A stretch of DNA of 64,000 nucleotides, taken from positions 106,136 through 170,135 of IMG/VR virus record IMGVR_UViG_3300037483_000594. One strand, 5' to 3'. Shown piece by piece: positions 38,277 to 46,823 of the stretch (position 1 is the stretch's first letter; each line of letters begins with the position of its first letter). This stretch comes from a virus. The notes below the pieces were generated by a model, which saw only the letters and a program-made list of their open reading frames with translations, did not search any database and had not been told where the DNA came from. Made by a program: the position numbers and the translations under genes.

Positions 38277-38993
38277 ATGTCACTCGCAAGTTGGGACCCA
38301 ATGAACCACCTGGTACAAGGTGGGCTGCGGAACGGGCGGTATGTCAACGGAGGGTTGACCCTGATCGCTGCCGGACCCCCGGAGCTGTCAACCATGGCTG
38401 CGCTGGCGAGCGCGCTGGGGTCGTCGGAGACCTCTCACTCTGACATCGTGTGGCCCCTGGGCATCACGCAGAGCGCCGGGATCTCGCAACAGCGCCAGTT
38501 CTCCAGGATCTACGAGCTCGGCTCCGAGCGCTCCATCTGGGTGGCCGGGCGGACCATGGGGTCGTTGAACATCGCGCGTATCTGGGTGGACGGGCCGTCG
38601 ATGCTGCGGGCGCTGTATGCCTACTACCAGGACCTGCTGCCCCCCACGCAGGTGCCATGGCTGTTTCCGAACCAGGCGGCTACCGCGCTGGCGAACCCGC
38701 ACAACGTGCGTATCCCCCCGGGGTACGAGAACCTGTACCTGAACCTCGGGAGCGACCTGTTCACGCAGCCTATCGGGTTCATGCTCATGACCCTGAACTC
38801 GAACCTGCAGACGATGGGCGTCGTGTACCTGGAGAACAGCGTGGTCCCCCAGCACCAGTGGGCAACCGATGCTCAGGGAACGCTGGTCCAGGAGTCGGCT
38901 GGTATTCAGTACGAAAGAATGGTACCAGTTAACGTAAGCGCGGTGCCTGTGATCACCGGTGAGGAAGAAACCACTGCAGCTCTGGCAGCATGA
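38277..38993 (+). CDS. Tail tube protein
   Basis: Follows the sheath; LGITQSAGISQQRQFSRIYELGS..GRT motif; ends ESAGIQYER. Confidence 0.78.
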   Translation: MSLASWDPMNHLVQGGLRNGRYVNGGLTLIAAGPPELSTMAALASALGSSETSHSDIVWPLGITQSAGISQQRQFSRIYELGSERSIWVAGRTMGSLNIARIWVDGPSMLRALYAYYQDLLPPTQVPWLFPNQAATALANPHNVRIPPGYENLYLNLGSDLFTQPIGFMLMTLNSNLQTMGVVYLENSVVPQHQWATDAQGTLVQESAGIQYERMVPVNVSAVPVITGEEETTAALAA

Positions 38994-39751
38994 GGCCTTT
39001 CGTGGCTGATCCACTCATTGATTTTCTGGTACAAGAGAGCCTTCGGTACTGCCAGAAGGTGGCGGCCTACCAGACCAAGGCTGTGGCAGCGCAGCGCATC
39101 GGGGCGGCGCAGGTCAAGACCGCCGCACCTTTTGCACGAGGACTGGTAAGCCGGCTGCTCCCCCGTCGCGCCAACACCCTGTTGCGTGGCCCTGGTGTAA
39201 ACAAGGTGCAGACGTCGCCGGGGGTGTTCGCGCGTTCCGTGTCACCCACAGCGTCCACGGTGGCGAAGCCTCGCACGGCGGTGAGTACGCCGATGTCGTC
39301 CACGGCGAACACAGTGGCAGGCACTCCGGCGGCCATGGGGCCTTACCGTGCGGCCCCACCACCCTCCGGAAAGACCCCCCTTCCGACCCCACCACCCCCA
39401 ATGCAGAACCCTCCGGTTCCGGCGGCACCTCCCAAGCCGCTTGTGACCAACGAGGAGTTGGCCGCGGCGCAGCAACGTGGGCGGGACAGGGCTGCCCAGA
39501 ACGCTGGGTACGCGGACTCGGCGTCATCTCCGCAGTCCGTGGCAGACGCGCAGAACATGGCAGCGGCCAAGGCACCAAAGCGCAAGGGGTGGAGCCCGTG
39601 GGGGACCGCTGCTGTCGTCAGCTCTCTGGGTCTCCCGCTTCTCGGCGGAGCTGCCTTACTAGGGACGCAAGCTCTGACTCAGCGCCCCCCGGGCTCGTAC
39701 CAGTTTGGTGGTGGGGCGCCGGCTCCTTGGATGTCTCCGCAGCAGATGTGA
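38990..39751 (+). CDS. KxA-leader Pro-rich protein with C-terminal hydrophobic segment
   Basis: QKVAA, VKTAA; LGLPLLGGAALLG. Confidence 0.6.
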   Translation: MRPFVADPLIDFLVQESLRYCQKVAAYQTKAVAAQRIGAAQVKTAAPFARGLVSRLLPRRANTLLRGPGVNKVQTSPGVFARSVSPTASTVAKPRTAVSTPMSSTANTVAGTPAAMGPYRAAPPPSGKTPLPTPPPPMQNPPVPAAPPKPLVTNEELAAAQQRGRDRAAQNAGYADSASSPQSVADAQNMAAAKAPKRKGWSPWGTAAVVSSLGLPLLGGAALLGTQALTQRPPGSYQFGGGAPAPWMSPQQM

Positions 39752-40127
39752 TATCGAGGTGCTTCCACCAGTCGTCCAGTCCCTTCTGGGGCGGTTTGAA
39801 AAGCGTCACGCGCTTTTGCTTGGCGGGCTTGTCGACCCCCTTCTCGTAAGCCTCGACAAGGTCAAACAGGTCGTCTTCGTGGAGCTGCCCTTTCTCCGCG
39901 AGTTCTAGTGCTTCTTCCCCCTTCTTGTTCCAGAAGTCTTCCTGCTTTGCCTTCTTCAGAAAGTCCTCGGGGGACATGTGGAACCGCTGCTCAAACCGTG
40001 ACTTCTGCGGGCGCTCTTCTGGCGGAGGGGCCACCAGCTTCCGCTTCCCGGGGCGGATGTAGGCGCGCAGCTCTCGCAGCGACAGGGTAGGGGGCGGGGG
40101 GCCGTTCCAAAAGTCAGTCATCTTCAC
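39618..40127 (-). CDS. Hypothetical protein; 3' end overlaps the convergent gene
   Basis: Charged ORF in the reverse-strand trio. Confidence 0.5.
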   Translation of the reverse strand: MKMTDFWNGPPPPTLSLRELRAYIRPGKRKLVAPPPEERPQKSRFEQRFHMSPEDFLKKAKQEDFWNKKGEEALELAEKGQLHEDDLFDLVEAYEKGVDKPAKQKRVTLFKPPQKGLDDWWKHLDITSAAETSKEPAPHHQTGTSPGGAESELASLVRQLRREAGDPES

Positions 40128-40371
40128 TCCAAAGGGACGCCAGGGGGTCCACGTACCTGTCTAGCGCAAGCTGCTCCGGCAGCGGCCGGGCGTACCTGGT
40201 GATACGTTTGTAGTCCAAGAGCCAGAGTAACAGCACGACAAGCACCTCCTGCCTCGAGAAGGAGCGGCCTTCGGGATCGAGCATGGTCAGGTGTCTCCGC
40301 ACTTTGTCGAGCCGCTTGGCCAGGGCCACGGGCACCTTCACGCTGATAGTGACGTGCGTGTCCGGAGGCAT
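40114..40371 (-). CDS. Ribbon-helix-helix DNA-binding protein
   Basis: VTISVKVPVALAKRLD..SRQEVL. Confidence 0.6.
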   Translation of the reverse strand: MPPDTHVTISVKVPVALAKRLDKVRRHLTMLDPEGRSFSRQEVLVVLLLWLLDYKRITRYARPLPEQLALDRYVDPLASLWSEDD

Positions 40372-40826
40372 CAGCCGCCCTCCAAGAGCTGCTCAACGTC
40401 GTCGACATCAAGCATCGGGGACCCTGGGGTCTGTTTCCAGTCGGAGTACACTGGTACCTTCATGGCCTTTTCGTTTTCTCGGATCATTGTAGCCGCGAGT
40501 AACAGCTCCTCGACGAAGTTTAGCCAGCACGGGATGCCCAGGAGCTGCATGCTGAGCCCGACCCTGTCCGGAGTGCTGGACAAGATCGTCAGGTTGAGAG
40601 TGGTCTGGACCACCGAGATGCGTGGGTCCTTGCCCACCTGCACAAACGGGGCAGAGGTCTTCTCCGTGTGCTGGCGGTAGCTGTCCACCAGGTCAAGAAC
40701 GCTCGCCGCCACGGTTTCGCACCCCGTGGCTCCGTGGAGTACAAAACCGCCCAGAGCACCCTCACGCCGGGTAACAGCGGGGCTGATCACCGCCCTGTTG
40801 CCAGTAACCTGTACAAAGTTGGCCAT
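40371..40826 (-). CDS. Hypothetical protein
   Basis: 151-aa ORF coupled to the downstream gene. Confidence 0.6.
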   Translation of the reverse strand: MANFVQVTGNRAVISPAVTRREGALGGFVLHGATGCETVAASVLDLVDSYRQHTEKTSAPFVQVGKDPRISVVQTTLNLTILSSTPDRVGLSMQLLGIPCWLNFVEELLLAATMIRENEKAMKVPVYSDWKQTPGSPMLDVDDVEQLLEGG

Positions 40827-40923
40827 GCCTCATGTTTAGCAAGTATCTGCACCAACTTCCAGCGTACTGATCATTTCTGTAAGAACTGATCAAACTTTGC
40901 TATAAGTTTGCTGAGGGTTTTAG

Positions 40924-41169
40924 ATGGTAATCATCTGCCGAAGTTGTCAACGACCGCTGTACGAGAACAACAAGGTTGACCATCTTTTTGCTGGGGCGGT
41001 GGTGGAGCAAGAGCACTTCACCCCCCTCGAAGGAGTTGGCGCCGTAGATCTGGAGGTATGCGCGTTCTGCGGAGGAGAAGTGGTGTACGTGGACAAGCTG
41101 CAGCATGTTTTTTTCATGGTTGAGGGTGGCCTTTGGTGGCCCTCGTTGCCGCGGGAGACTCTGGCGTGA
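40924..41169 (+). CDS. Zinc-ribbon protein
   Basis: CRSC..CAFC. Confidence 0.6.
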   Translation: MVIICRSCQRPLYENNKVDHLFAGAVVEQEHFTPLEGVGAVDLEVCAFCGGEVVYVDKLQHVFFMVEGGLWWPSLPRETLA

Positions 41170-41549
41170 CGGAAAAGTCGTTGGAGCTCCGGCGGCGGTT
41201 GGCCGCTGCTCGGGAGCGTTACAACGGAAGCGTCCCGGAGGCTGCGGTATCCGGAAGGCAGTGCAGGGTGGTGCGGGAGCCACTGCCGGTCTTGGCGGCT
41301 TTGTCGGGGGTAAAGCTTTCTTTTCTCCAAGAAAGGGTCCTCAACTGGTTTACCGGTAAGAGCGGTGCGTACTCGGTGCGAGAGATCGCGGAAGGGGTGC
41401 TCGACAGTGTGGCCCTCTCCGCAGTCCGAGAGGACAAGGAAACTGGGTACCGTGACCTCTCGGGGCCGCGCGCCGTGCGGAACGGGCTTCGTAGGCTCGT
41501 CAAGCTCGGCTATCTTCACAAGGAAGGGGCGAGGTTTAGGAGCGTATGA
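41166..41549 (+). CDS. Winged helix-turn-helix protein
   Basis: LSFLQERVL..YSVREIAE..VRNGLRRLVKLGYL. Confidence 0.65.
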   Translation: MTEKSLELRRRLAAARERYNGSVPEAAVSGRQCRVVREPLPVLAALSGVKLSFLQERVLNWFTGKSGAYSVREIAEGVLDSVALSAVREDKETGYRDLSGPRAVRNGLRRLVKLGYLHKEGARFRSV

Positions 41550-41971
41550 GTCAGGACGTCGACCTACGGGTCATTGACTACGAGAAGCTTATTAAAGCGC
41601 TGCACCAGGTCATTCCGGAACACGGAGACAGCGAGCGCTCCGCGAGGATCGAGAGGGTCGACTTCATTCTCGACAAGGTCACGTCGGGGATCGTCATGCA
41701 GGAGGGGAAGCGGTGGTGCATCGTTCTGAACAACGAGCACCTGGACGGCTACGAGGAGAACCCGTGGCATGAGTTGAGCACCCTGTTGTGCAAGGCACTG
41801 GGTGTCGAGGAGGACGCCAGCTTCAGGAGCAGCACTTACGACGACGAAGTTTTCGAGGTTCTTCTCGACTCCGCGGAGGACCTTGTAAGCTCGGTCGAGG
41901 ACCCCGAAGCTCTGGTTGCGGAGATGGACCAGTGCTTGCCGCTTCCGAAGTCAGGGAGTGTGCAGACGTGA
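41546..41971 (+). CDS. Hypothetical acidic protein
   Basis: AGGAG RBS, ATGA overlap. Confidence 0.65.
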   Translation: MSQDVDLRVIDYEKLIKALHQVIPEHGDSERSARIERVDFILDKVTSGIVMQEGKRWCIVLNNEHLDGYEENPWHELSTLLCKALGVEEDASFRSSTYDDEVFEVLLDSAEDLVSSVEDPEALVAEMDQCLPLPKSGSVQT

Positions 41972-42213
41972 ACATTCTAACCTCGGCGCTGCTTGATAGG
42001 GGCCTGGCCTGTATCGCTGACGGAGGGTCTGCACACAGGTACTTCATCCGGGCGTTCGGCCCAGGGAGCCCCGATTACATGTACCCCCACGAGGTCCGAA
42101 GGCTGGTGCGTGGAGCGGAGGCCGTGCTCAAGGGTGTCCCTGCTAGCGGGGTGTGTAGCGAAGGGCGAGCGTCCTTTTTCGCAGCAGGAGGGCCCTATGC
42201 CAAAGCTTCCTGA
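41968..42213 (+). CDS. Hypothetical protein
   Basis: GTGA overlap, GGAG RBS. Confidence 0.45.
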   Translation: MNILTSALLDRGLACIADGGSAHRYFIRAFGPGSPDYMYPHEVRRLVRGAEAVLKGVPASGVCSEGRASFFAAGGPYAKAS

Positions 42214-42637
42214 CGAACGGTGTGGTGTCACCCACAAGTTTTCGATCGCTGGGCACGAGGGGTACCTCACCGTCAACACCTTTGACGACGGCACCCCCGG
42301 AGAGATCTTCATCGTGATGGCAAAGGTGGGGTCCTCCCTGTCCGGGTTCGTCGACAGCTTTGCCATGGCCACCAGCATGCTCCTGCAGAGCGGGACCCCC
42401 CTGCAAGAGCTGGTCGACAAGTTCTCGTACACGCGCTTCGAGCCCGCGGGGTACACCACCAACAGCAGTATCCCGCAGGCGACCTCCGTGCTCGACTACG
42501 TGTTCCGGTGGTTGGCCCAACGGTTCTTGGAGCCTTGCCTCGAGCCAAAAGAGTCAGAGTCGGCACCCCCCTGCCCCGTCTGTGGCACGCTGTTGCTCCG
42601 GGCAGGGGACTCGTTCACGTGTCCAACCTGCAGATAG
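42197..42637 (+). CDS. Stand-alone C-terminal (TSCPD-type) domain of class II ribonucleotide reductase
   Basis: GVTHKFSIAGHEGYLTV..GEIFI.MAK.GS..LQSG..FEPAG..SVLDYVFRWL; CPVC..CPTC. Confidence 0.82.
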   Translation: MPKLPDERCGVTHKFSIAGHEGYLTVNTFDDGTPGEIFIVMAKVGSSLSGFVDSFAMATSMLLQSGTPLQELVDKFSYTRFEPAGYTTNSSIPQATSVLDYVFRWLAQRFLEPCLEPKESESAPPCPVCGTLLLRAGDSFTCPTCR

Positions 42638-42646
42638 GAGCGAAAA

Positions 42647-43654
42647 ATGTCCATGATCTCGCACGACGCGTTACGCGTCCTTGCGCGCGCCAATGTTCCT
42701 GCTGTCGTATTGTACCACTCGGCCGACAACGACGGGAAGCTCAGCGGCTACCTCTCCGCTCGGCTGCTGCAAGCCCTGGGCTTTTGCGTCCGCGCATTTG
42801 GTGTGAACTACGGTGAGTACGACTATGTCGCACTGCGTCGCTATTGCCACGGGGCTGTGGTGATGTTGGTCGACTTCAGTTTCAAGGCCGAGGAGATGGT
42901 AGAGCTGACCCGGGTGTCCCGCAGCTTCATCTGGGTCGATCACCACGCGTCCTCTGCCCCTTTGGTTGGAAGCGTGGCCTCTTCCTGGGTGCACGCTACC
43001 GAGTTGGGGAGAAAGGTAGCAGCTTGCCAACTGGTCTCTGAGTTGCTGCGTGGGTCTGGGGTTCATGTGACGACGCAGGTGGTTGATCTCGTGGACGCAT
43101 GGGACACGTGGAAGACTCAGGGTCCTTTCTGGGACACGGAGGACCCGGCCTACCTTTTTCACTGTGGGTTGAGTGAGCAGGACACCAGCCCTTTTGTCCC
43201 TCTTTCGACAGAGGAGCTGGACGTCGCGCACAGCCTGGGGTGTTCGGCCGAAGAGTTGGATGTGGAGTGCAGTCCTTTTTGGACGGCACTCCTTACCGAG
43301 AATGAGGAAGTCTCCGACACTATCGAGCAAGGCCGTCAGGTGGCCGCGAGGTTCGAGCGCGAAAACGAACGGTTGGTACAAGAGGCGTTTACCCTGCACT
43401 GGGAAGAGCGCACGTGGTTGGCAATCAACGCCAACATCCCAGGCTCCCAGGTGTTCGCCAAGGTGTTTGACCCCCAGCGGCACGACTCCATGCTGTCGTT
43501 TGCGTACTCTCCGCAGGCAAAAGCCTGGAAGGTCCACCTACGCGCCTACGACGAGGTAGCATTCCCCGTTGACAAGATCGCTGTACAGTACGGAGGCGGA
43601 GGGCACCGTGGTGCCGCCGGGTTCGCGTGCAAACAACTCCCGTTCGTGCTGTGA
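42647..43654 (+). CDS. DHH/DHHA1 phosphoesterase
   Basis: YHSADNDG, VDFS, WVDHH, GGGHRGAAGF. Confidence 0.9.
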   Translation: MSMISHDALRVLARANVPAVVLYHSADNDGKLSGYLSARLLQALGFCVRAFGVNYGEYDYVALRRYCHGAVVMLVDFSFKAEEMVELTRVSRSFIWVDHHASSAPLVGSVASSWVHATELGRKVAACQLVSELLRGSGVHVTTQVVDLVDAWDTWKTQGPFWDTEDPAYLFHCGLSEQDTSPFVPLSTEELDVAHSLGCSAEELDVECSPFWTALLTENEEVSDTIEQGRQVAARFERENERLVQEAFTLHWEERTWLAINANIPGSQVFAKVFDPQRHDSMLSFAYSPQAKAWKVHLRAYDEVAFPVDKIAVQYGGGGHRGAAGFACKQLPFVL

Positions 43655-44196
43655 TGGAACTCGGTATCGACGAGGCCGGGCGTGGCTGCTGGGCCGGGCA
43701 CATGGTTGTGGCCTTGGCCGCGGTGCCGGAGGGCACCGTTATCCCGGGGGTTCGCGACTCCAAAAAGATCAGCAGTGCGGAGAGGAGGGGGCTGCGCAAC
43801 CTCCTCATAGCAGACCTCCCCTTCTGGGCGGTGCACTGCAGCTCTCCGCAAGACATCGACGCCCTCGGGCTCGGGGTATGCTGGGACAAGGCAGTGCGTG
43901 GTCTGGTCGAAGTGGCACGCAGGTTCTTTCCGGACAAGATCATCGTGGACGGCAATGTCGTACCCAAGGGGCTCCACAACGTTGTCTCTGTCGTGCGTGC
44001 CGACTCCCTGTACCAGTCCGTGGCCGCTGCCTCCATCATCGCCAAGGTCCTGCACGATGGCCTGCTCTCCGGGCATGCCTTCCCGGCCTTCTCCTTCGAC
44101 AAGCACCAAGGCTACGGTACCCAGGCCCACCGCAAAGAGCTCCTTGCCAACGGACTCACCCCTTTGCACAGAAAATCCTTTGTGCACTTTCTCTGA
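43654..44196 (+). CDS. rnhB: Ribonuclease HII
   Basis: GIDEAGRG, RDSKK, IVDG, AAASIIAKV, GYGT..H, HRKSF. Confidence 0.93.
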   Translation: MELGIDEAGRGCWAGHMVVALAAVPEGTVIPGVRDSKKISSAERRGLRNLLIADLPFWAVHCSSPQDIDALGLGVCWDKAVRGLVEVARRFFPDKIIVDGNVVPKGLHNVVSVVRADSLYQSVAAASIIAKVLHDGLLSGHAFPAFSFDKHQGYGTQAHRKELLANGLTPLHRKSFVHFL

Positions 44197-44219
44197 AAAT
44201 AGGGTAACCCCCTATTTTC
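44195..44219 (+). terminator. Hairpin/terminator after rnhB
   Basis: GAAAATAGGG-TAACC-CCCTATTTTC. Confidence 0.55.
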
Positions 44220-44231
44220 TTAGCTAGTTAC

Positions 44232-44289
44232 GAGATAGGTGGCAACTTGCCACCTATCTCATTGACTCTTCGGCGGTGCGGTGTACTAT
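44232..44289 (+). promoter_or_regulatory. 29-bp palindrome abutting a sigma70-like promoter
   Basis: GAGATAGGTGGCAA-C-TTGCCACCTATCTC, then TTGACT-N16-TACTAT. Confidence 0.55.
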
Positions 44290-44295
44290 GGAGGC

Positions 44296-44934
44296 ATGGG
44301 AAATGGCGCTCCAGCACTACCACCAGGACACTCGCTAGAGACGTTGGCGCAGCGTGCAGCACCGCAAGACAAGGTGCAAGAGGCGATCGCTGCGATTCGC
44401 CAAGCGGGTACACAGCCAGAGGAGGCTCCCCCCGAGCCCAAGGAAGACACAGCGGAGAAGGAGGAAGAGAAGCAAGACGAACGACTATACGCTAATGACC
44501 CGCTACGGAACCATGCGCGGAAACGCCGGCTTGAGAAACTACTGCGCCCGCTGTCGATGACGGACATGGACGACACGTTTGAGTTGCGGCAGCTTGTGCC
44601 GACGGAGTCGTTGCGCTTTGAGTTCCGGACCCCTTCGCAAGGAGAGATGGAGCAGGTTCTTCGCCTGATCACGATGGAGGACGTAGGGGGATCGTACTCA
44701 ACCAACAAGTACGTGGCTATGGTGGCCGCACTCGCGACCTTGGCTATCGGGAACGTCCGCCTTCCGGACCATCGCAACGGTGATGGGGACTACACTGCAG
44801 AGTCTATCCAGAAAAAGTACGCGCACTTCTGCAAGATCAACCAAAAGGTGGTTGAGGACTGCTGTGTGCAGTACGCGTGGTTCGACGCTCGTGTTGCCAA
44901 GCTGATTGCTGGTGGAGACGTGGGAAATGGTTAG
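44296..44934 (+). CDS. Putative tail assembly chaperone (G form)
   Basis: GGAGG RBS; FEFRTPSQGE..YAWFDARV; ends in slippery G GGA AAT. Confidence 0.6.
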   Translation: MGNGAPALPPGHSLETLAQRAAPQDKVQEAIAAIRQAGTQPEEAPPEPKEDTAEKEEEKQDERLYANDPLRNHARKRRLEKLLRPLSMTDMDDTFELRQLVPTESLRFEFRTPSQGEMEQVLRLITMEDVGGSYSTNKYVAMVAALATLAIGNVRLPDHRNGDGDYTAESIQKKYAHFCKINQKVVEDCCVQYAWFDARVAKLIAGGDVGNG

Positions 44935-45395
44935 CGACCCCGTCAGGATGGGCTCGAGCAAATGTTGCTTACGATGCCCTCCCGCGGCCTCCTCGACGAG
45001 GGTCGCTTCTCGAGCTTCTGATGGTCCTTGTACAGATACGACGGGAAGCTGCGGAGATGTTCCACTTGCACACCCTTGTCCAGGCGATTCGATCGAAGGA
45101 CGGGGACACGGAGTTGGTCAAGAAAGCGTACGAAAACTATGTACACGCCCGGGCTCCTTTCCTGAAGGAGTTTGCGGAGAAGGAAACTGCCGCTGTAAAA
45201 GAGCACCTGAAGAGGTGGACCCACCAGGGACCTCTCCGCGTGACAATGGCGAAGGCAGGGAGTGATGTCGGTAGTTTGCCCGAAGTGCGGAGCTCCCTAT
45301 CCGAACTCAGCAGCCGTAATCGGCAACCGGAGCATCGAGTGCGACCACTGCCGCTGGGCGGGGGAGTCCAAAGACCTCATCAACGTCGAAGGTGA
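44922..45395 (+). CDS. -1 frameshift extension (GT form) of the tail assembly chaperone
   Basis: The -1 frame is open from the slippery heptamer at 44922-44928 (GKWLATPSGWARAN...). Confidence 0.55.
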   Translation, partial: GKWLATPSGWARANVAYDALPRPPRRGSLLELLMVLVQIRREAAEMFHLHTLVQAIRSKDGDTELVKKAYENYVHARAPFLKEFAEKETAAVKEHLKRWTHQGPLRVTMAKAGSDVGSLPEVRSSLSELSSRNRQPEHRVRPLPLGGGVQRPHQRRR

Positions 45396-45783
45396 GGTCA
45401 AAGACCCGCGCGCCTTCGATGAGCTGCGGCGTTGGTTCGCTGCGGAGATGGGCAGCCCCTTTGCTCTTTTTTTGCACGAGTACGGCACCCTTCCAGAAAA
45501 GGATCTCGTCGCTTTTTTTCAGAGAGCGGCGCGGACGTACCTGGCTGGGCTACTTGAGGGTGTTCTCGAGCCAGCGTGCCTAGACAACCTCACACCGGTG
45601 TACAACACCGCGGCCCTCGCTTTCACCAAGAGCATCACCCCTGAAGTCTTGCAGAAGATGGTGCAGTTGGGGATTTTCCAGCGGGTGAACGACGCGGACA
45701 ACCTACGGTTTATAGGATCGGTGTCTGTGCACGGCTTCCGGAAGCTCTGGGAGTTTTTGCACGAGCAGGAGGAGGCAAATTGA
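45265..45783 (+). CDS. Zinc-ribbon protein
   Basis: CPKCG..CDHC. Confidence 0.65.
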   Translation: MSVVCPKCGAPYPNSAAVIGNRSIECDHCRWAGESKDLINVEGEVKDPRAFDELRRWFAAEMGSPFALFLHEYGTLPEKDLVAFFQRAARTYLAGLLEGVLEPACLDNLTPVYNTAALAFTKSITPEVLQKMVQLGIFQRVNDADNLRFIGSVSVHGFRKLWEFLHEQEEAN

Positions 45784-46088
45784 TTCTCAAGATCACAAGC
45801 TTGGTGACCGCTCTCACCCAAGAGGGGGCGGTGCACGCGATGGAGGTAGAGCGTCTTGACGGTGTGCAGGAGACCCTTCGGATCTCCGCGGACATTCATG
45901 ACGCGCTAGTGGAGCTTGTTTCACGGCAGGTGCGCGTGGAGCCTGTTCTGCGCCGCAAGACGACCAATCAGATGTTTCAGCCAGCGCCGCCGGACACGCA
46001 GTGGGACCTCGGGTCGCAAGAGAGTTCTGAGCCGTTCAACATCGGTGAGGCGTTGCAGTCCGGGGTTCTTGGGGTGAGGCAGCTCTAA
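45780..46088 (+). CDS. Hypothetical protein
   Basis: AGGAGG RBS, TTG start. Confidence 0.6.
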   Translation: MILKITSLVTALTQEGAVHAMEVERLDGVQETLRISADIHDALVELVSRQVRVEPVLRRKTTNQMFQPAPPDTQWDLGSQESSEPFNIGEALQSGVLGVRQL

Positions 46089-46495
46089 TGCACGTGTACG
46101 GGTTCATGTGCACGGCCTGCGGGCACCAGACCGCGCTTGAGGAGAAGGTCACCCTCGCCGCCGAGGCTCTGTTGACCGACATCCTCGCCGGGAAGAACCT
46201 GCGCTGTGCGTCGTGCGGACGTCGCCCAGTGTCCTTCCGGCTGTGCTTTGACCCCGTGGCCACGGCCCCCACGACCGCAGAAGCGGCACTCCAGTCGGTG
46301 CACGGGTACGAAGCCACCCCTGTGGAGAAAGACGTTCTCCGGTTTTTCGAGGGTAGCGGTGTCACCCCGGCCCTTGTGCTGAGGCACGCGCACCGAGTGC
46401 ATCTTCAGCAGCTTACGTACAAAGGTCAGGTACTCGTTTTGGGGGAAGACCCCCCGCTCATCAAGGCAATAGGAGCAGCAAGTGGCACAAGGTAA
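46088..46495 (+). CDS. Zinc-ribbon protein
   Basis: CTACG..CASCG. Confidence 0.6.
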   Translation: MHVYGFMCTACGHQTALEEKVTLAAEALLTDILAGKNLRCASCGRRPVSFRLCFDPVATAPTTAEAALQSVHGYEATPVEKDVLRFFEGSGVTPALVLRHAHRVHLQQLTYKGQVLVLGEDPPLIKAIGAASGTR

Positions 46496-46823
46496 GGGGT
46501 TTGTCCGGTCGCATATGCGTGAGAACATCTCGCCTTCCGACTACGGTCGGTTGGTAGGGGTCAACAGGGTTGTGAGCAGCGTGCTGTACAACTATGTTGA
46601 TTCCAAAGGCAAACGTAGGATAAACCTGGCGTTTATCCTACAGGACGAGACAGTCTTGGAGCTGCCGACGGATGTGCAACCGAGCTCGGTGACTGCCTCG
46701 AACCCAGAGTTGGCCAAGGCTATCTTGGCCAAGGTGGCGTCGTTCTCGATTCAAGAGGTGGCTAAGCCGATCCCGGTGAAGCGTGGCCGACCCAAGAAGG
46801 AAGAAGAGAGTGGCACTCCCTAA
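46482..46823 (+). CDS. Hypothetical protein with C-terminal AT-hook-like motif
   Basis: KRGRPKK. Confidence 0.6.
   Translation: MAQGKGFVRSHMRENISPSDYGRLVGVNRVVSSVLYNYVDSKGKRRINLAFILQDETVLELPTDVQPSSVTASNPELAKAILAKVASFSIQEVAKPIPVKRGRPKKEEESGTP

Noticed and set aside
35153-38395. 1080-aa reverse-strand ORF opposite the tail sheath gene
   Set aside because: Antisense shadow caused by strong codon bias in a GC-rich gene; no motifs, and the plus strand is clearly the sheath.
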